From contig NMRA01000025.1 in NCBI GenBank assembly GCA_002633005.1, positions 1,033,160-1,097,159 on the forward strand: DNA of 64,000 nt, read 5' to 3'. Positions 51,701 to 64,000 of the stretch are shown here, piece after piece. This DNA is from Phoronis australis (Eukaryota > Animalia > Phoronida). The notes beneath the pieces are model-generated. The model was given only the letters and a program-made list of their open reading frames with translations, was not told the origin of the DNA and did not search any database. A program made the translations under genes and the position numbers. Each line of letters begins with the position of its first letter. Within the stretch, counting starts at the first letter, position 1.

Positions 51701-54700
51701 ATATAGATTTTTGAAAAAAATATTGAATTCCAGATGATGTCGTACTGCGGGCTCACGACGACTGAATAAACTGCGTACAAGTAACTTGTCAAACTTTCTG
51801 TAACAATGCGTTTGTTGTGTGACCCATAAAGAAAACAAAGAAAAACGATGTGAGTGAACGTTGTTCTTAGCTTGTTTATTTTGTTACAAGGTCAGTGATG
51901 TAGTGGTAAAATTCGAGGTAAGTAGGCGCCCAAAGCCCGGCCGCATCACCTTCAGCACTGAACGTAACTTACGGTGCGTAGGCGCTACGCTCAAATGCCA
52001 AAAGGTGGTTGGCTGCGACTACGTGCGCCTACGCCCCACTACAACACTGAAGTCTAGATAGCCAACAGAACGGTTTAAAATGTCTACAAAATGGACGTGG
52101 TTCGCTCAAAACCATTTGTTCTCACGCGCCCACGACCCATTAGTTTTTCGAAGCAACAATTACTTGGCTTTGAACAATTCTAGAAACTGGGGTTGTTTTA
52201 TTGATAAAATAAGTTAACATGAAATTATAAGTCAGTGGTGAAACTGTCATCATTCAAAGTAATGGACTTCAGTCGATCTACGAAGTAACAGTCCATTTCG
52301 ACAGAAGAGTCGACAAAGTGCGGTGAGAAGCCGTATTTCGCCAGGGTTCTTGTCATTCTCATGAATCAGTTTGAATCTGTTGCGTAATCCTTCAACAGAG
52401 GCATTTGGATTATTAGCAATTATTGTACAACGAGTCGGTGCAACTTCGATGGCCTCGGCAAAAGAGCCATTGACTGGAATTGTCCTCAAATGTTATGTGC
52501 TCCGGCAATTTCCCCACACTTGACGTTTTGGCGTTTATTTAACCAGTCAGTAATGGCCAGCCATTGTGAGCACTACTCGTTGAATGATGGTTTCCTTCTT
52601 TTGATCTCACAGGTATTTGTGATCGTCCGATAATATCGTCATTTGATTCGTCAGAAGAATTCAAGTACGTGTTTTTACAACCAGCTACCAAGCGTCTAGA
52701 CGACACAAATGTCGTTGAGAGCGTGAGATAAAACAACAATAATCAATACAAACTCGCCTTTCTAACTAATTACGCAACATTGAGCACTGCCTTCATAACT
52801 GTCGGCTTTCAATGAAATCTTCGAATCAGCACTGCTCTTTAGTTTACAATACAAGTCAAAAGGCAAGTCAATGGGCTATGCACCGACTTGCATGTAAATC
52901 AAGTGAAGAGTTATTAGATCTGATGCCTATACATGCGGAATACTGGGAGCGTGCATTAAAGGTTATGTTCAATGTTATGAAAGGATATACCGACACCACA
53001 CTTAGCACTAAGCATTGTTGGATCTACCATGTCGCAAGGGGGGGTCGCAATTTAAGAAGGAAAAATGCCTGGGTGCTCTGAAAACGGTTTGCAGACGGTG
53101 TTTTTCGGTCATGTCCCTAGGGTGGCATACAGGCGACTTAATTTGCAAATACTTGGAGGCCGCTATACAACTTCAGGCACGGCTATGCGAACTTATTACG
53201 TGGACTCAGTAGTGGCAAATGTTCAATCTTTACTATTTTCACTATAGGGCAATTGTTGGCGCTACAGATTTAATGAAATAAAAACAAATAGTGAAGAGAA
53301 AACAAAAGTGTCTCCAACACGTAAAAAGTATGCAAGACATTCATGCACCACTGAACTTGGACGCTGAACAGATTTGGGTCTGCTAAATATAACAGAACCG
53401 ATTTCTCCCCGTTTCGAACAAAGTTGTCTGGCGCGATTTGAATGAACGATCGGTAGATCACCCGGAAATGTGTTGTAGTAACTGATATTTTGTGTTTTAC
53501 GTCATCAAGGAAAGCGCTCTCTCAAAATTTGTTTTGGTCTGAGCTCCCTTGTGCGGATCCAGAGTGGAAGGGTCCAAGGGAAGGAGTCCGTACTCAGTCA
53601 TGTTCACAATGATGCGATGGCACAATCTCAAACACCCCCATGTTTGTCGATTGTTGGACCCCGTGACCAAAATCACGGATACGCGGCTGATTCTGAGAAT
53701 AAGAAATGAAATTCTGCACAAGGCAGGGAGTGTGGCTGCCTAAAACGAAATTATACGCACGTGGGCGCAGAAACGTTATGCAGGTATATAATACTTCTGG
53801 AAGCGCATTGTCGATGCTCCACTAGGTATACTGCATTAATCACTGGTAAAAAGCATGAATCATACAACAGAAAACTGCTACTTGTGAATAATAGATTGGT
53901 ATAAATGCACTTACAAAACTGTGATTACCCGTTTTGTCATAAACAAGCAAACTGTGTTGGTCAATTGTCCAATAAGTCGTAACAGTGTAGTAACAAAACA
54001 TGCCACGGTCTGGCGAGGCCGTTTTTAGGGTGTGGCCAAGTACACCGCGTTCGTTCCAGTCAGTGTTAATGTAAAGCTTCAAACATGAAAAAGTACAAAA
54101 GTATGTTTTTGTCGATTTTTGTGGTTTGCAGAAAATTTACGGCTCCCAGAAATAACTTGCAGTTGGCAAGTTATCCAGGACTTTCAACATCTCGTCTGCA
54201 GCACTTGCCAGTGACGAAGGTTGGTGGACCAATGGATACACATGACGAGCCGTAGAGAGCGGTTTGCCATTCGCTAAATACCACACAATCACCTGATTCT
54301 GGCTTCAGACAATAGCACCAAGCATAAGCGGTCGCACATGTACATTAGTGCTAAGTTATGTAAGAAAGACCAGAAGCCAAATGCAGATCAAAGTATTGCC
54401 GTCGACGGAACCAAACCGACGTGTGAGTGAGTGGCCGAAAGACCTCCGTCCGGGGGGATGAGGGGTCCGATTGCTTGCTCCCAGTGATAGAAGGCAACAT
54501 TTCAAGCATCTTTTCCTTAAAAACCAGTCGTGCCTTTGTTTCCACGGAGTTTCACCAATCAGAAGATATCGCTTAAGTAGGAACATTTCGTGAATATGCA
54601 GCCTTGTGTATTTGGACTCATAAAAAATGAAGTTCTGGGTCATTCAACTATGGAAGCCATTTTGATAGCGCACTGTCTGAGATATAGTCCGTGTATTGAA

Positions 54701-54748
54701 AGAGGATTATTTGCGAAAAGTTATGTATCTCAAAATCGCTTCAATTGT

Positions 54749-54782
54749 ATATATATATATATATCTATATATATATATATAT
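54749..54782. repeat. (TA)n microsatellite
   Basis: Directly visible, one interruption. Confidence 0.9.
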
Positions 54783-55319
54783 CAATTTGCTAATTCCAAA
54801 AGGTATGAAATCCGAAGAATCTTAGACAATTGGAGACACATATTCCTTTTAAAGCTTGAAATGCGAAACTATAAACCCTTTTGAAAAAAACAGGTGTCCG
54901 TCAATTTTAGGTATTCTGAATCCTACAATATTTAGTCAAGGAAGCAATGTGATCACGATCTTCACTTGTAATACACTGCGATATCTCGTGAAGTCTTGCG
55001 TGTTCTGCTGTTTTCTTCGCTCTTTGGGACGCATACCTAAGTCTGCGTTCCCGGCCTTGGATCAAAAACAGGATCCACGCTCTTGCGGTGAGAAATCTTA
55101 AAGTCAAAGTGGAAAAATTCCAGGGCACATATTTTCTATGCAAGAAAAACAGGCCAAAACAACATTTTTACTTTGCAGGCCAAAAAATACCACAAAACCA
55201 GAATTTTTACTTAAGCAAAACTTAAAAAACAATCCAAAAATATTTTCATTCTGCAAGAGAAAAAAAACTCAAGCCATAATTTACCACGTCTGGACTGAAA
55301 ACTTATCACTTCAGCACTT

Positions 55320-55755
55320 ATAATTTATCACGTTGAGACCAAATTTAGCACGCTAGGACCGAAATTTAAACACGTCAGGGCCGAAAATTTATCACGTCAG
55401 AAAGTTTTCATGCCAGGTGACCACGTGACCATCCACAGCCCTCAAAGTGACGGCGTTGCTGCTAGGTGCACAAGAGCGCCCACCAAGGTCTCGCCGACTA
55501 TAGTCATATCATTGTGACAACGCTGAGGTACAATTTTTTATGTCTCTTCCACGCCTTATAACAGAAGTTCGATGTACACTTGGACACATTAGACTTGAAT
55601 ACAGCTGAGTATTATAGAGACTCGACGGATCGTCTACATGTTCGTGGTCACGTGCTTCAGGAAGGCCACGTGGTTTCCTGGCATGAAAATTTTCGTTCTT
55701 GACGTATTAAATTTTGGTTCCAGAGTCATTAATTACAGGTCTTGGCGTGATAAGC
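55320..55755. mobile_element. Degenerate MITE-like inverted repeat
   Basis: aatttatcacgtcagaaagttttcatgccaggtgaccacgtg pairs with cacgtggtttcctggcatgaaaattttcgttcttgacgtattaaatt; subterminal ~20-bp repeats. Confidence 0.55.
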
Positions 55756-55814
55756 TCTGGTTTTTAGTCTTTTTTAGTCTTGCGTAGTTTTTAATTCTTT
55801 AATAGAACGTATGT

Positions 55815-55891
55815 CTTTCTTTTCTTTACTAGTGATATTTAAAATGAGGGTGGCCTCTTCAGTGATAGCACTGCTTTCCAAGAGGGACCTG
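55815..55891 (-). mobile_element. 3' tail of the same L2/CR1-group family as 15546-16199
   Basis: Reverse complement ccctcttggaaagcagtgctatcactgaagaggccaccctcattttaaatatcac is nearly identical to ~16126-16180. Confidence 0.85.
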
Positions 55892-56178
55892 GATTTTTCC
55901 GCTTTGGTTTCCCATACCTTTCACTCGCGTGCTTTTGCGAGGTTTTGTGTGATCTCGCTGTTTCTCAAGAAACTTAGCTTACGAAATGCACCCCTGATAA
56001 TACGAATGCTACACCAAGTGACAATTGTACAAGAAAGTTCAGTGTGCTGTCATCTTGGTTTTTAGTGGAAAAACTTACAGCAATCAAATTCACGGGTGAG
56101 AAACAACATGACCGCCGGTCCTCTTAAATCGGACCGCCTCACCCAAAACAGGACCTACGGGGATCAAACGGGACCGTC

Positions 56179-56368
56179 GCACCAGAAAATGGGACTGACG
56201 CACCTAAAAACATGACCGCCCCACCAGAAAACAGGACCGCCGGGGACTGAACATGACCGGCAGGGATTGAAACCGCATATTGTACGGCGGTCATGTTCAG
56301 TCCCCGGCGGTCCTGTTTTGTGGTGGGGCGGTCATGTTTTTAGGTGCGTCAGTCCCATTTTCTGGTGC
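56179..56368. repeat. Near-perfect hairpin: 81-bp arms, 28-bp loop
   Basis: 56179-56259 versus 56288-56368, one mismatch seen; built from GGACCGCC/TGACCGCC subrepeats that extend leftwards to ~56100. Confidence 0.9.
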
Positions 56369-58313
56369 AACGTGAAATTGTTGTAGCCTACGCCACACGT
56401 AGCAGCGAACCACTGTCCTCCCGCGACCTGTACCTGCGCTTATTATGTTTGGTGCCGTTGATTTCCTAATGTCTACGCCGTCTGGTGTAAAGTGAATAAG
56501 GGCAGCCGCAAATATAAACGTTTCGAACAAGAAGTTTCTTAATTTGATCCTTATTAATGTTCATAATTCACAAAACGGCAATTTAGGTAGTCTGGCGAGT
56601 AAAAACCCATATAAAACATTTCTTCTTAAATTAACTGTTTTATAACAATGCATCTAAATTACGAACATCTACAAGTTGCAAAAATGTGAAGAATGTGTCG
56701 TTAATAGTGATAATCTTACAATAAAAGTTACGAATTTTAGATTTCGTCATATTTTTGCATTCTTGATAGTGTTGTCTCGATAGACCGAACAATGCATCTG
56801 AGATGTTGTGAGCAATAAAACAATTTATAATGTTCTTATTAATAAAGGCCAGTTGACACGCTCGACCAGGGGACACATTAAATGAAATTAGGACCTAACA
56901 GGTTCGTTAAGTGCATTGGTAAGTGTAGTTTAATGTTAATTTTGCACCTTGCTTGGGATTTGTTTGCGGGAGCGAAAGTCGTAAAGCGGTCATTAAGTCG
57001 AAATAATGTAGTCAGTCCCATTCGGTTCACAAGCAAACAATTTTGTTTTCAATTGAGGTAAAACTGAATAATAGCCATTGAAAGAATTTTAGGCGAAACT
57101 TTAAAGCTGCCTTCTGTTAAAAAATGTTTTAGACTGCTACCAAATTGATCTCCTTGCTCAAAGGAGAGATTTCAGGGACGGCTTGCTAAGACAGTTCGCC
57201 ACACTGGTTGGACAAGCTGGCTTCTAAAAAACAACGCGTCCTGGAAATTGACGGTTAGCGATTCCTGTCAAAAATAGTTTGGGAAAGAAACAGATTACGA
57301 GAGAGGGAGGCAGAAGAAATGAGGCCCGGTTATCAAAAGCATAATTTGTCGCTTAGAATTGATTTTGATGAACGACATTACAAGATGTGTCGTGTTTTTT
57401 CATCTGAAAATGTCGCATGTCAAGACAATATGATCTGATCTAAGTACCGACAATAAAAAGCGGTAGTGTTGGCTCAAGAAACAAATGTGAATGATCCGTT
57501 TTCGGTAATTACTAAAGAATTTGATTCCTGAAAGAAACACTGCTAGTGAGACCATATTTTGGCCCCGGCGACAATATGTTTTAAGTGCGACAATGTATGA
57601 CAGAAGTGGGGACCCCTGAGACTACGAGGCGGTGTCCTGCTTTGTGTCACGGTCAAAGATTAGTTTACTCGGCTGTGGTGCATGCACCCGCTAATTCAAA
57701 ATAAAGCACTTTTTCAAAAAAATATTTGTGCTCAAGTGCTTCGCTTAGGGCATAAGTTTAAATTCACGTATATCTAACGGGGATTAGAATTGGTCTTTTT
57801 GATACACACTCGATGAACCTATGAATAAGTGAACTTACTGCTTCATCTTTCGATCATTGCCTCTTGGTTTGATCTCATTGCACTGGGTTCACATCATTTC
57901 TTCAAAGAACTTAAACGAGACCATCTGAGCATTAAAATAATAACAGAAATAAACACAGAGAAAACAAATTTTAACCCATTCACCCGCCTATGAAAACCAA
58001 CAATGAAATATTTCTTCCGTGACGGACACAATCGACAGACAGGCCAAATCTATGGGCTGAAGTCAAACCGCGTTGCTTACTCATTGACTTTATCGGGGGG
58101 GTGGTATTTTTCACATTTCATTAAGGTTGTTTTTAGCGGTGTGATGCCAGCGACAAAAATCTTGATAACAGGTGCTTTATGTCAAAGTCTTACTGCACTT
58201 GATGGTGGGGCCTCACACCCACTGATCTGAAAATGTCTGTGAATAGTTGTTTTTATGACCCAGTTTAATAAAGTACGCCGACAGTGTATCGAAGAAATCG
58301 ATTGACAGAGATG

Positions 58314-58615
58314 TAGACCGGCAGCCCAGAGCACTTAGCATAGATGANCCATTCCAGAGTGCAATTTGTCTGTCATGGGTCATTCGGTGTTCAGTGCGGT
58401 ACTATTATTCGTTTTGAATCAGTTTTGGTTGGTACCTCGAATATCTAGTCTAGCTCATTTTTTGGGCTGTTTGCAAGGCCCCCAGGGGTCACACCCAGAG
58501 TGCAGACAACGGCAGACGTCCATTTCTGTACATACTGAGGTGGACTTTAAATGCTCCCGTGGTCAGATGTTGGTACCTCGTTCATCTATGCTAAGTGCTC
58601 TGGGCTGCCGGTCTA
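58314..58615. mobile_element. Academ-like non-autonomous element (TAG...CTA, 3-bp TSD)
   Basis: Perfect 34-bp TIR TAGACCGGCAGCCCAGAGCACTTAGCATAGATGA; TSD ATG on both sides; N at 58348. Confidence 0.85.
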
Positions 58616-58619
58616 ATGT

Positions 58620-59025
58620 GCCGGGCGTGCTGGCAGGGAGGTCTGAAAATGAGTGGCCAGGCATATCATAGCTTCCGTTAGGATTTTTTCTGACCAGGGT
58701 CTATGCTGAATTGTTAATTATACAGAAAAAAAGACTTGCAGGGGGCTGGTACGAGACAAAAATGGATAAAGAAGTAGATGATCTGGAGAAGGGGGAGTGG
58801 CGAAAACTTGGGGAGGCATTTCACCTCAGTGAACATGACGACTACGTGGGAGAAAAGGAAGGTCGGAGAGCGCCTAGAGAAAACTTGACACCCGGTGACG
58901 TACAGTTTCTGGTAACGATCGGCGAACGCAGAGATAACTTCAGAAGCGCACTCCACGTCAATGGCGCACAAACCTCCATTGACGCACAGCAACAGCGACT
59001 CAACTCCGGCCAACTGGAACATTAA
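58620..59025 (+). pseudogene. Possible decayed death-domain-encoding exon
   Basis: DDLEKGEWRKLGEAFHLSE resembles death-domain helices 1-2 (W..L...LGLS). The adjacent frame gives FW*RSANAEIT, and an earlier VLAGRSENEW..LGF segment is similar. Recognised by eye only. Confidence 0.35.
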
Positions 59026-62000
59026 AATCGATTGTGTTTGGAATCACACCTTATTTTGTCTTGCTGCTAAAATAATTTGTAGAGATTCTTATACAACAAT
59101 GTAGAGCAACTGACCAAAACAATAAGCTCAAAAGTGCCAATCACCGGTTGCCCAACGTGTTGGGATAGATGGCGCCTCCCAACCCAAAAAAAGAAAATAT
59201 TAAAAAGGACAGAAAAATGCAGTGACCCATTGGTTATAGATTTGGCCCGTGTCCACATTGTCAAAAATGACCCTACGCAGAGCCAAGTTCGTTCCATCAA
59301 AGAATTCTAGCCTAGTAGTTCTTTGGTCCCATCGAGGAACCAGTGTTGCAGTTGTACCTTGGTTACATGTTGCACCCTCATCAAAGGTTAAGGTTCCGGG
59401 TCAAAGAATATTACATCTTCGGATGGTTCGCATCTTATAACAAAATAAAAAAGGAACATCTGGATCAAGATTATACTGCAAGGGGCAGCAACACCCAGAA
59501 ATATTCTTTTTCCTTTTAAATCGCGCATGGCGAAATGGAAGCGGAAATACGGGTAAATGGTGTGAAAAGCACAAAACATAAGATAATACATACGTATATT
59601 TCGTGTTGTGAGTTAAACGGAGGGACATATGATGCGGTGACGGAACACGAGGTAAAGCTTTGAAAAGCGGGACGGTCACGCCAAGATCAAGTGGGACAGT
59701 TGGTAAAGCACCGGGGCTCACGGTCCGTCCTTTGTATAAACCTGGCCTCGATCAATCTCAACACCGTTATATATAGGTTAGTTTTCGATTTATCTTATGG
59801 AAAACAACAAAGAGAGTTCGATAAAATTCGTGAAACACAGCAATGGATATCGTCGCAAGAATCTTCAGTGACTTCTTGGTAATCATGAGGTTATCATTGG
59901 ATACCCAGAATTATGCTGCAGAACTCGGCGAAAGCATTGACGATGCGCATTTGCACATAATAGACTGCTTTGATTAAACATATACCTCAAACGCCTCTTT
60001 AAATTAAAATATACAATCCAATCTCGGTGTAGGGCTTACACAATACCCGGGGTCTTTCTCTCACTCTTAGCCTCAGTCTCAATCTCTTACAAGAACAACT
60101 ACAAGTCCGGTTTCTCTTCAATCGTTTTTATTCGTCAGTAAGCCATGGTAGGTTCATCGCAGTTTTGTTTACAATCCAGATTTGGTCTTTCTTAGTGGAG
60201 CTTCATTTTGAGTCAGCTGCCTTGCGAAATTATAATGCTGTTGATTGTACCCTCAGTACTTTTAGGTCAACCCTTTCAGCCATTGAAGCAGACGACCACC
60301 TGTATGCTAATCAGATGACGTCACGTCGCGTGTACCCAGGCGTTCAAAAACAAACACAGTAAACCAAAACAAACCTGATCAAGCGATAGGAGGGTGATCG
60401 TCGCACTCAAGACCGAAAACGTCGTTTTTAAGCTAAAAGTAGCCATTGCAACGCAACAGACAACACGAATAACAAAATAAAATCACTGAGTGCACGCACC
60501 GACAAAACCTGTCGATCATCACTTATGTATTACTTGGAAGCTTTCTGTGGAAGTACCATATAATACTTGGGACGATGCCAAGGTCATTGTCATGTCTGAT
60601 CAGTCGCGTGGGTAACACGCGCGCCAGCTGATTCTATCTTGACAAGGACTCAGTATTGTGTATCGTAATCTGGCCAGAGTCCAAGTTTTTTTAAAAGGAC
60701 GGGTTCTGAACATCTGTCGCCTAAGACCCACTCAGAAAGAAAATTGTTGTCATTACCGAGTTCTCTTTATTTGAGAGACACATTTGAGCCGGGTCAGAAG
60801 AGATGTAGTCCCCCTTTTCTTTATGTCACAATCGGAGTACGATGAGCCATCTGTCGTGTGTTGAGTTTGTTTTGGTCGTGCGTTAGTTTATTTCTCATCA
60901 CGTGAATCATTTGTTTAAAGCATTTTTTTCTGACGAATGTAATCTAATCTTGCCCATTTCGGCGAAGGACACTGAAGCAATGATGATTCAGGTCTGTTTT
61001 GACTTCTGAATTCAGTGCACCGAATGTCTAACACGGGTCGGCTATTTGTATACACAATCACTGTGCGTGCTTTGACGGCAATGGTTTACGTAACAAACAT
61101 AAGTTACAATGTAGAAGTGGATGAGATAAATATTATAAAATTACTGGATATGAAAACGATGAATACCGGCCATACCTAAAAGAGATCGATGGAATTTCAG
61201 ATACTGCAGTTTATCGTATCTGAGTGCATTTCATGTCACAGACCGATGAAAAAAAATCTACCGCTGGTTGTTTGTGAAATTTTGTAAAATTGAACACTAG
61301 ACCGATAAATAGAGAAATGCATATTTAAAAGAGGTCAGAGTGAGAGATTTTGAAGTGTTGAGAATTGCTGAATGTTGTTCTTTATGATTTTAAAAAGTTT
61401 CTTGTCAAGTTTTTCCTTTGGTCCATTCGCCGTGTGCAGCTGTGGCAGTCATTGGCCAGTGTCTTGTTTGTTGTTATTCCACCATCGGTGCGTTTGCGAT
61501 CGTAGGCCTACGCGTCTGTTTGTCCATCCGACAGCTGATAGTGTTCAAGTTATTTTTGAACGATTGATTTACGGTGATACGAGTAGCAAAGCTTTTCGTA
61601 ATGCGGTCGGATCACTAGAGCGGACACGTGTGCCTCATTTGTCTGGCTATGAAAAAAATCCCTTTTGAAGTACGTGTGAAAAAATGTCATCGAAAAATGG
61701 GTTGGATAAAATGGGGCATTAGTAATATTGATAGAATAACGCGGGCGAAGCGACGGGGGTGGGGTTAGTTTCTTCTGGGAAGGGTTCCACTCAGCCAGTC
61801 TCAGAACTGGTGACGACGGAGGGCACATTTTGGTAGTGTTGTCCGCGGGCACAGAAAACCCTTGCTCCGACACCGCGAATAGCGTCTCCTTCCACCCAAA
61901 GTGCACTAAACAGATTATTGCAATGACTTTTGAACCTTTTTCATGGGCCTACTTCCTACAGTCACGCTCTCCATCATGCCATCCTTATGTTAAGTTATTT

Positions 62001-64000
62001 TTATTTTTCTTCTGTGTTCTCTTCTTTGCTTTCCTTTTATTTTTCTTCTCCCGCCTTCGCCGCTCCCATTTGTGTTAATCATGACATCATACAGTTTATG
62101 ATTGGAGGTTTGGTTACTGCGCACAGCTAGTCCACTAAAGAGACCGTCGTGACACTTCCTTCGACAGATTGTTCACTGGGTGGCGAAGAATGTCCAAAAG
62201 TGTTCGCGCCTAATTGAGAACGCGAATGCTAGGCAAGAACCCTATTGATTTGTATCCCACTAACCGGTACTGCGGTAAATTGAACGGCTCCAGAAATTCT
62301 CGAAAACTTGGCGTTTACATTCCAAGACCAGCTCTGGTTCAAGCCGACATCATTAGTTTAACAATGTAACACACAATAGTTTTCTTGTTTAAATTTCACC
62401 CACTCCAATTACTGTCGCAGCTGACTTGGTGGTTTTGGATATCTATAGCCTGTTAATCGGTGAAAAGCCGGGAAGTTCGCTGTGGGATATCCTCGCGGAC
62501 AGCCGGCAGATGACAGCAGGGCTTGATGACTTCACATCCGTTACTACATAATCCGACATCTAAATTTATCTTGTACACTCGAGTCACCTGACACAAATTG
62601 ACAGAAATGTGAAGGAAAGTCGGACCAAAAAGTACGATAAGAGATAGTTAGACAGATGGAGTTTCAGTACATCTATCGGGAAAAAGATAAAAAATGTAAA
62701 TTCGTGGAATGATGGCTAGGCTAACAAAACCAACATTTTTAAATTGTACTCGAGAAATAAAACGGTGTGCTATGCAATAAAGACAAATAAATATTTAAAT
62801 TACCAAATTAAGAGAAAAAAAACACAAAAAAAACAGAACCCTCATGTTGCAATGATGTTCCAGTCTTCTAAATTCAACGTCTTGCAAAGAACTGAAAACC
62901 ATGTATCTGTTGATTTATACTGTGATAGGTAACCGTTTTTCAGTCGTTCTCGCGAAACACAAGAACGTTCATTTATCGGTTTAGTCCCATTGCTTCGGTG
63001 CTGGTGGCGCTCTGGACAATTGGATTTTGTGAATAACCGTACGGGAAGTGTCCATCGGGCAAGTTCGCAACTACTGAATTGTAAATTAAGCTCCACGTGA
63101 ATTATCATGAGCGTTTTAAAGTAATACATACTCTAGCACATACAATGTAGATTGGTTTGGATTCGCAAGCACTAGGTTCTTTAATTTGCATTAATTAAGT
63201 GCAACGGTTCTTACCACCTGCTGCCGACTGAACAGTCCTCCCGTTGTATTTGATGATGTAATCTGTCTTTGTAATTACAAGAGATTCACCTGCTGATTGC
63301 TGTAGCATATGCCTGCAGACTCTCCATTGTTGTGGAGCTGAGAACAAATTGACGACAGACAGTTATGATTCTACTGGTGATGTTTTGTTTCGCCATCACG
63401 CCTCTATGTTATGTTGTTTCGAGACTTGGAAGTCTGTCCGTCGTGCATAGAAGGAAATTATTGAAACGGCCAGGTTTTGAGTGTGTAGAGTAATTTTCAG
63501 TTGTGAGCATGGGAGTCATACGGAAATATGCCGATATTTAGGAGTGGAAACAATTATTTGTGTCCGTGCCTCTAAATTCTAGCTACGACCTTTTAAACTA
63601 CATTCCCGGTTTGTAGACAACAAATCCGCATTACAAATCCCCAAACTCAGCGTGCCCCTAAATTTCACACGCCGAAATGTTGCATACCCGGTGGCCCAAT
63701 TGAAGTCTTTGGCCGCGACCTGTTTCTTCATCCTAACCCCCGGGGTTACGCATAAAGAGAAGTGAGCGGGGCGTGCCGCTCAGAAAGGTGGCTCAGTTTT
63801 TCACGATCAGTTTCTCTACGAAAGCGTGCCTTTTATGACAATATTCCCTAAATGGTTCACCTCGAGCGTTCGAAACTCCACCTGAGGTTCCCTTTTTCCA
63901 ACGACACAAATCTACAGGAAAAGTTTTTGTAATTGTCTTCATTCATGAAACTTTTTGTACTCATTTTGACTACATGCCATATCTTCTTTTACTACTTCTG

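Overview
Eukaryotic (metazoan, probably marine invertebrate) genomic DNA, AT-rich, with spliceosomal introns and many transposon relics; no prokaryotic systems. The one confidently intact gene is a five-coding-exon TBP-related factor 2 (TRF2/TBPL1) on the minus strand (48705->36791, 301 aa, all splice phases consistent). The first ~27.5 kb is a head-to-tail array of about nine decayed ~1.9-2.0 kb units. These look like a broken, apparently intronless plus-strand protein-coding sequence whose family I cannot identify. They are preceded by a second decayed duplicated coding-like family, a 57-bp minisatellite and (TTGCCG)n. The array carries insertions of a spliced hAT transposase fragment, an RTE LINE tail, a Helitron-like element, an L2/CR1-like LINE tail, a MITE and a 5.8-kb modular Foldback-type inverted-repeat element. 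The remainder holds DINE/HINE-like repeats with CTCF-consensus motifs, orphan exons, nested MITEs with clean TSDs, a near-perfect hairpin and possible death-domain relics. Single Ns at 1870, 47174, 49778 and 58348 probably mark assembly joins. Family assignments come from motif recognition by eye, not database searches.
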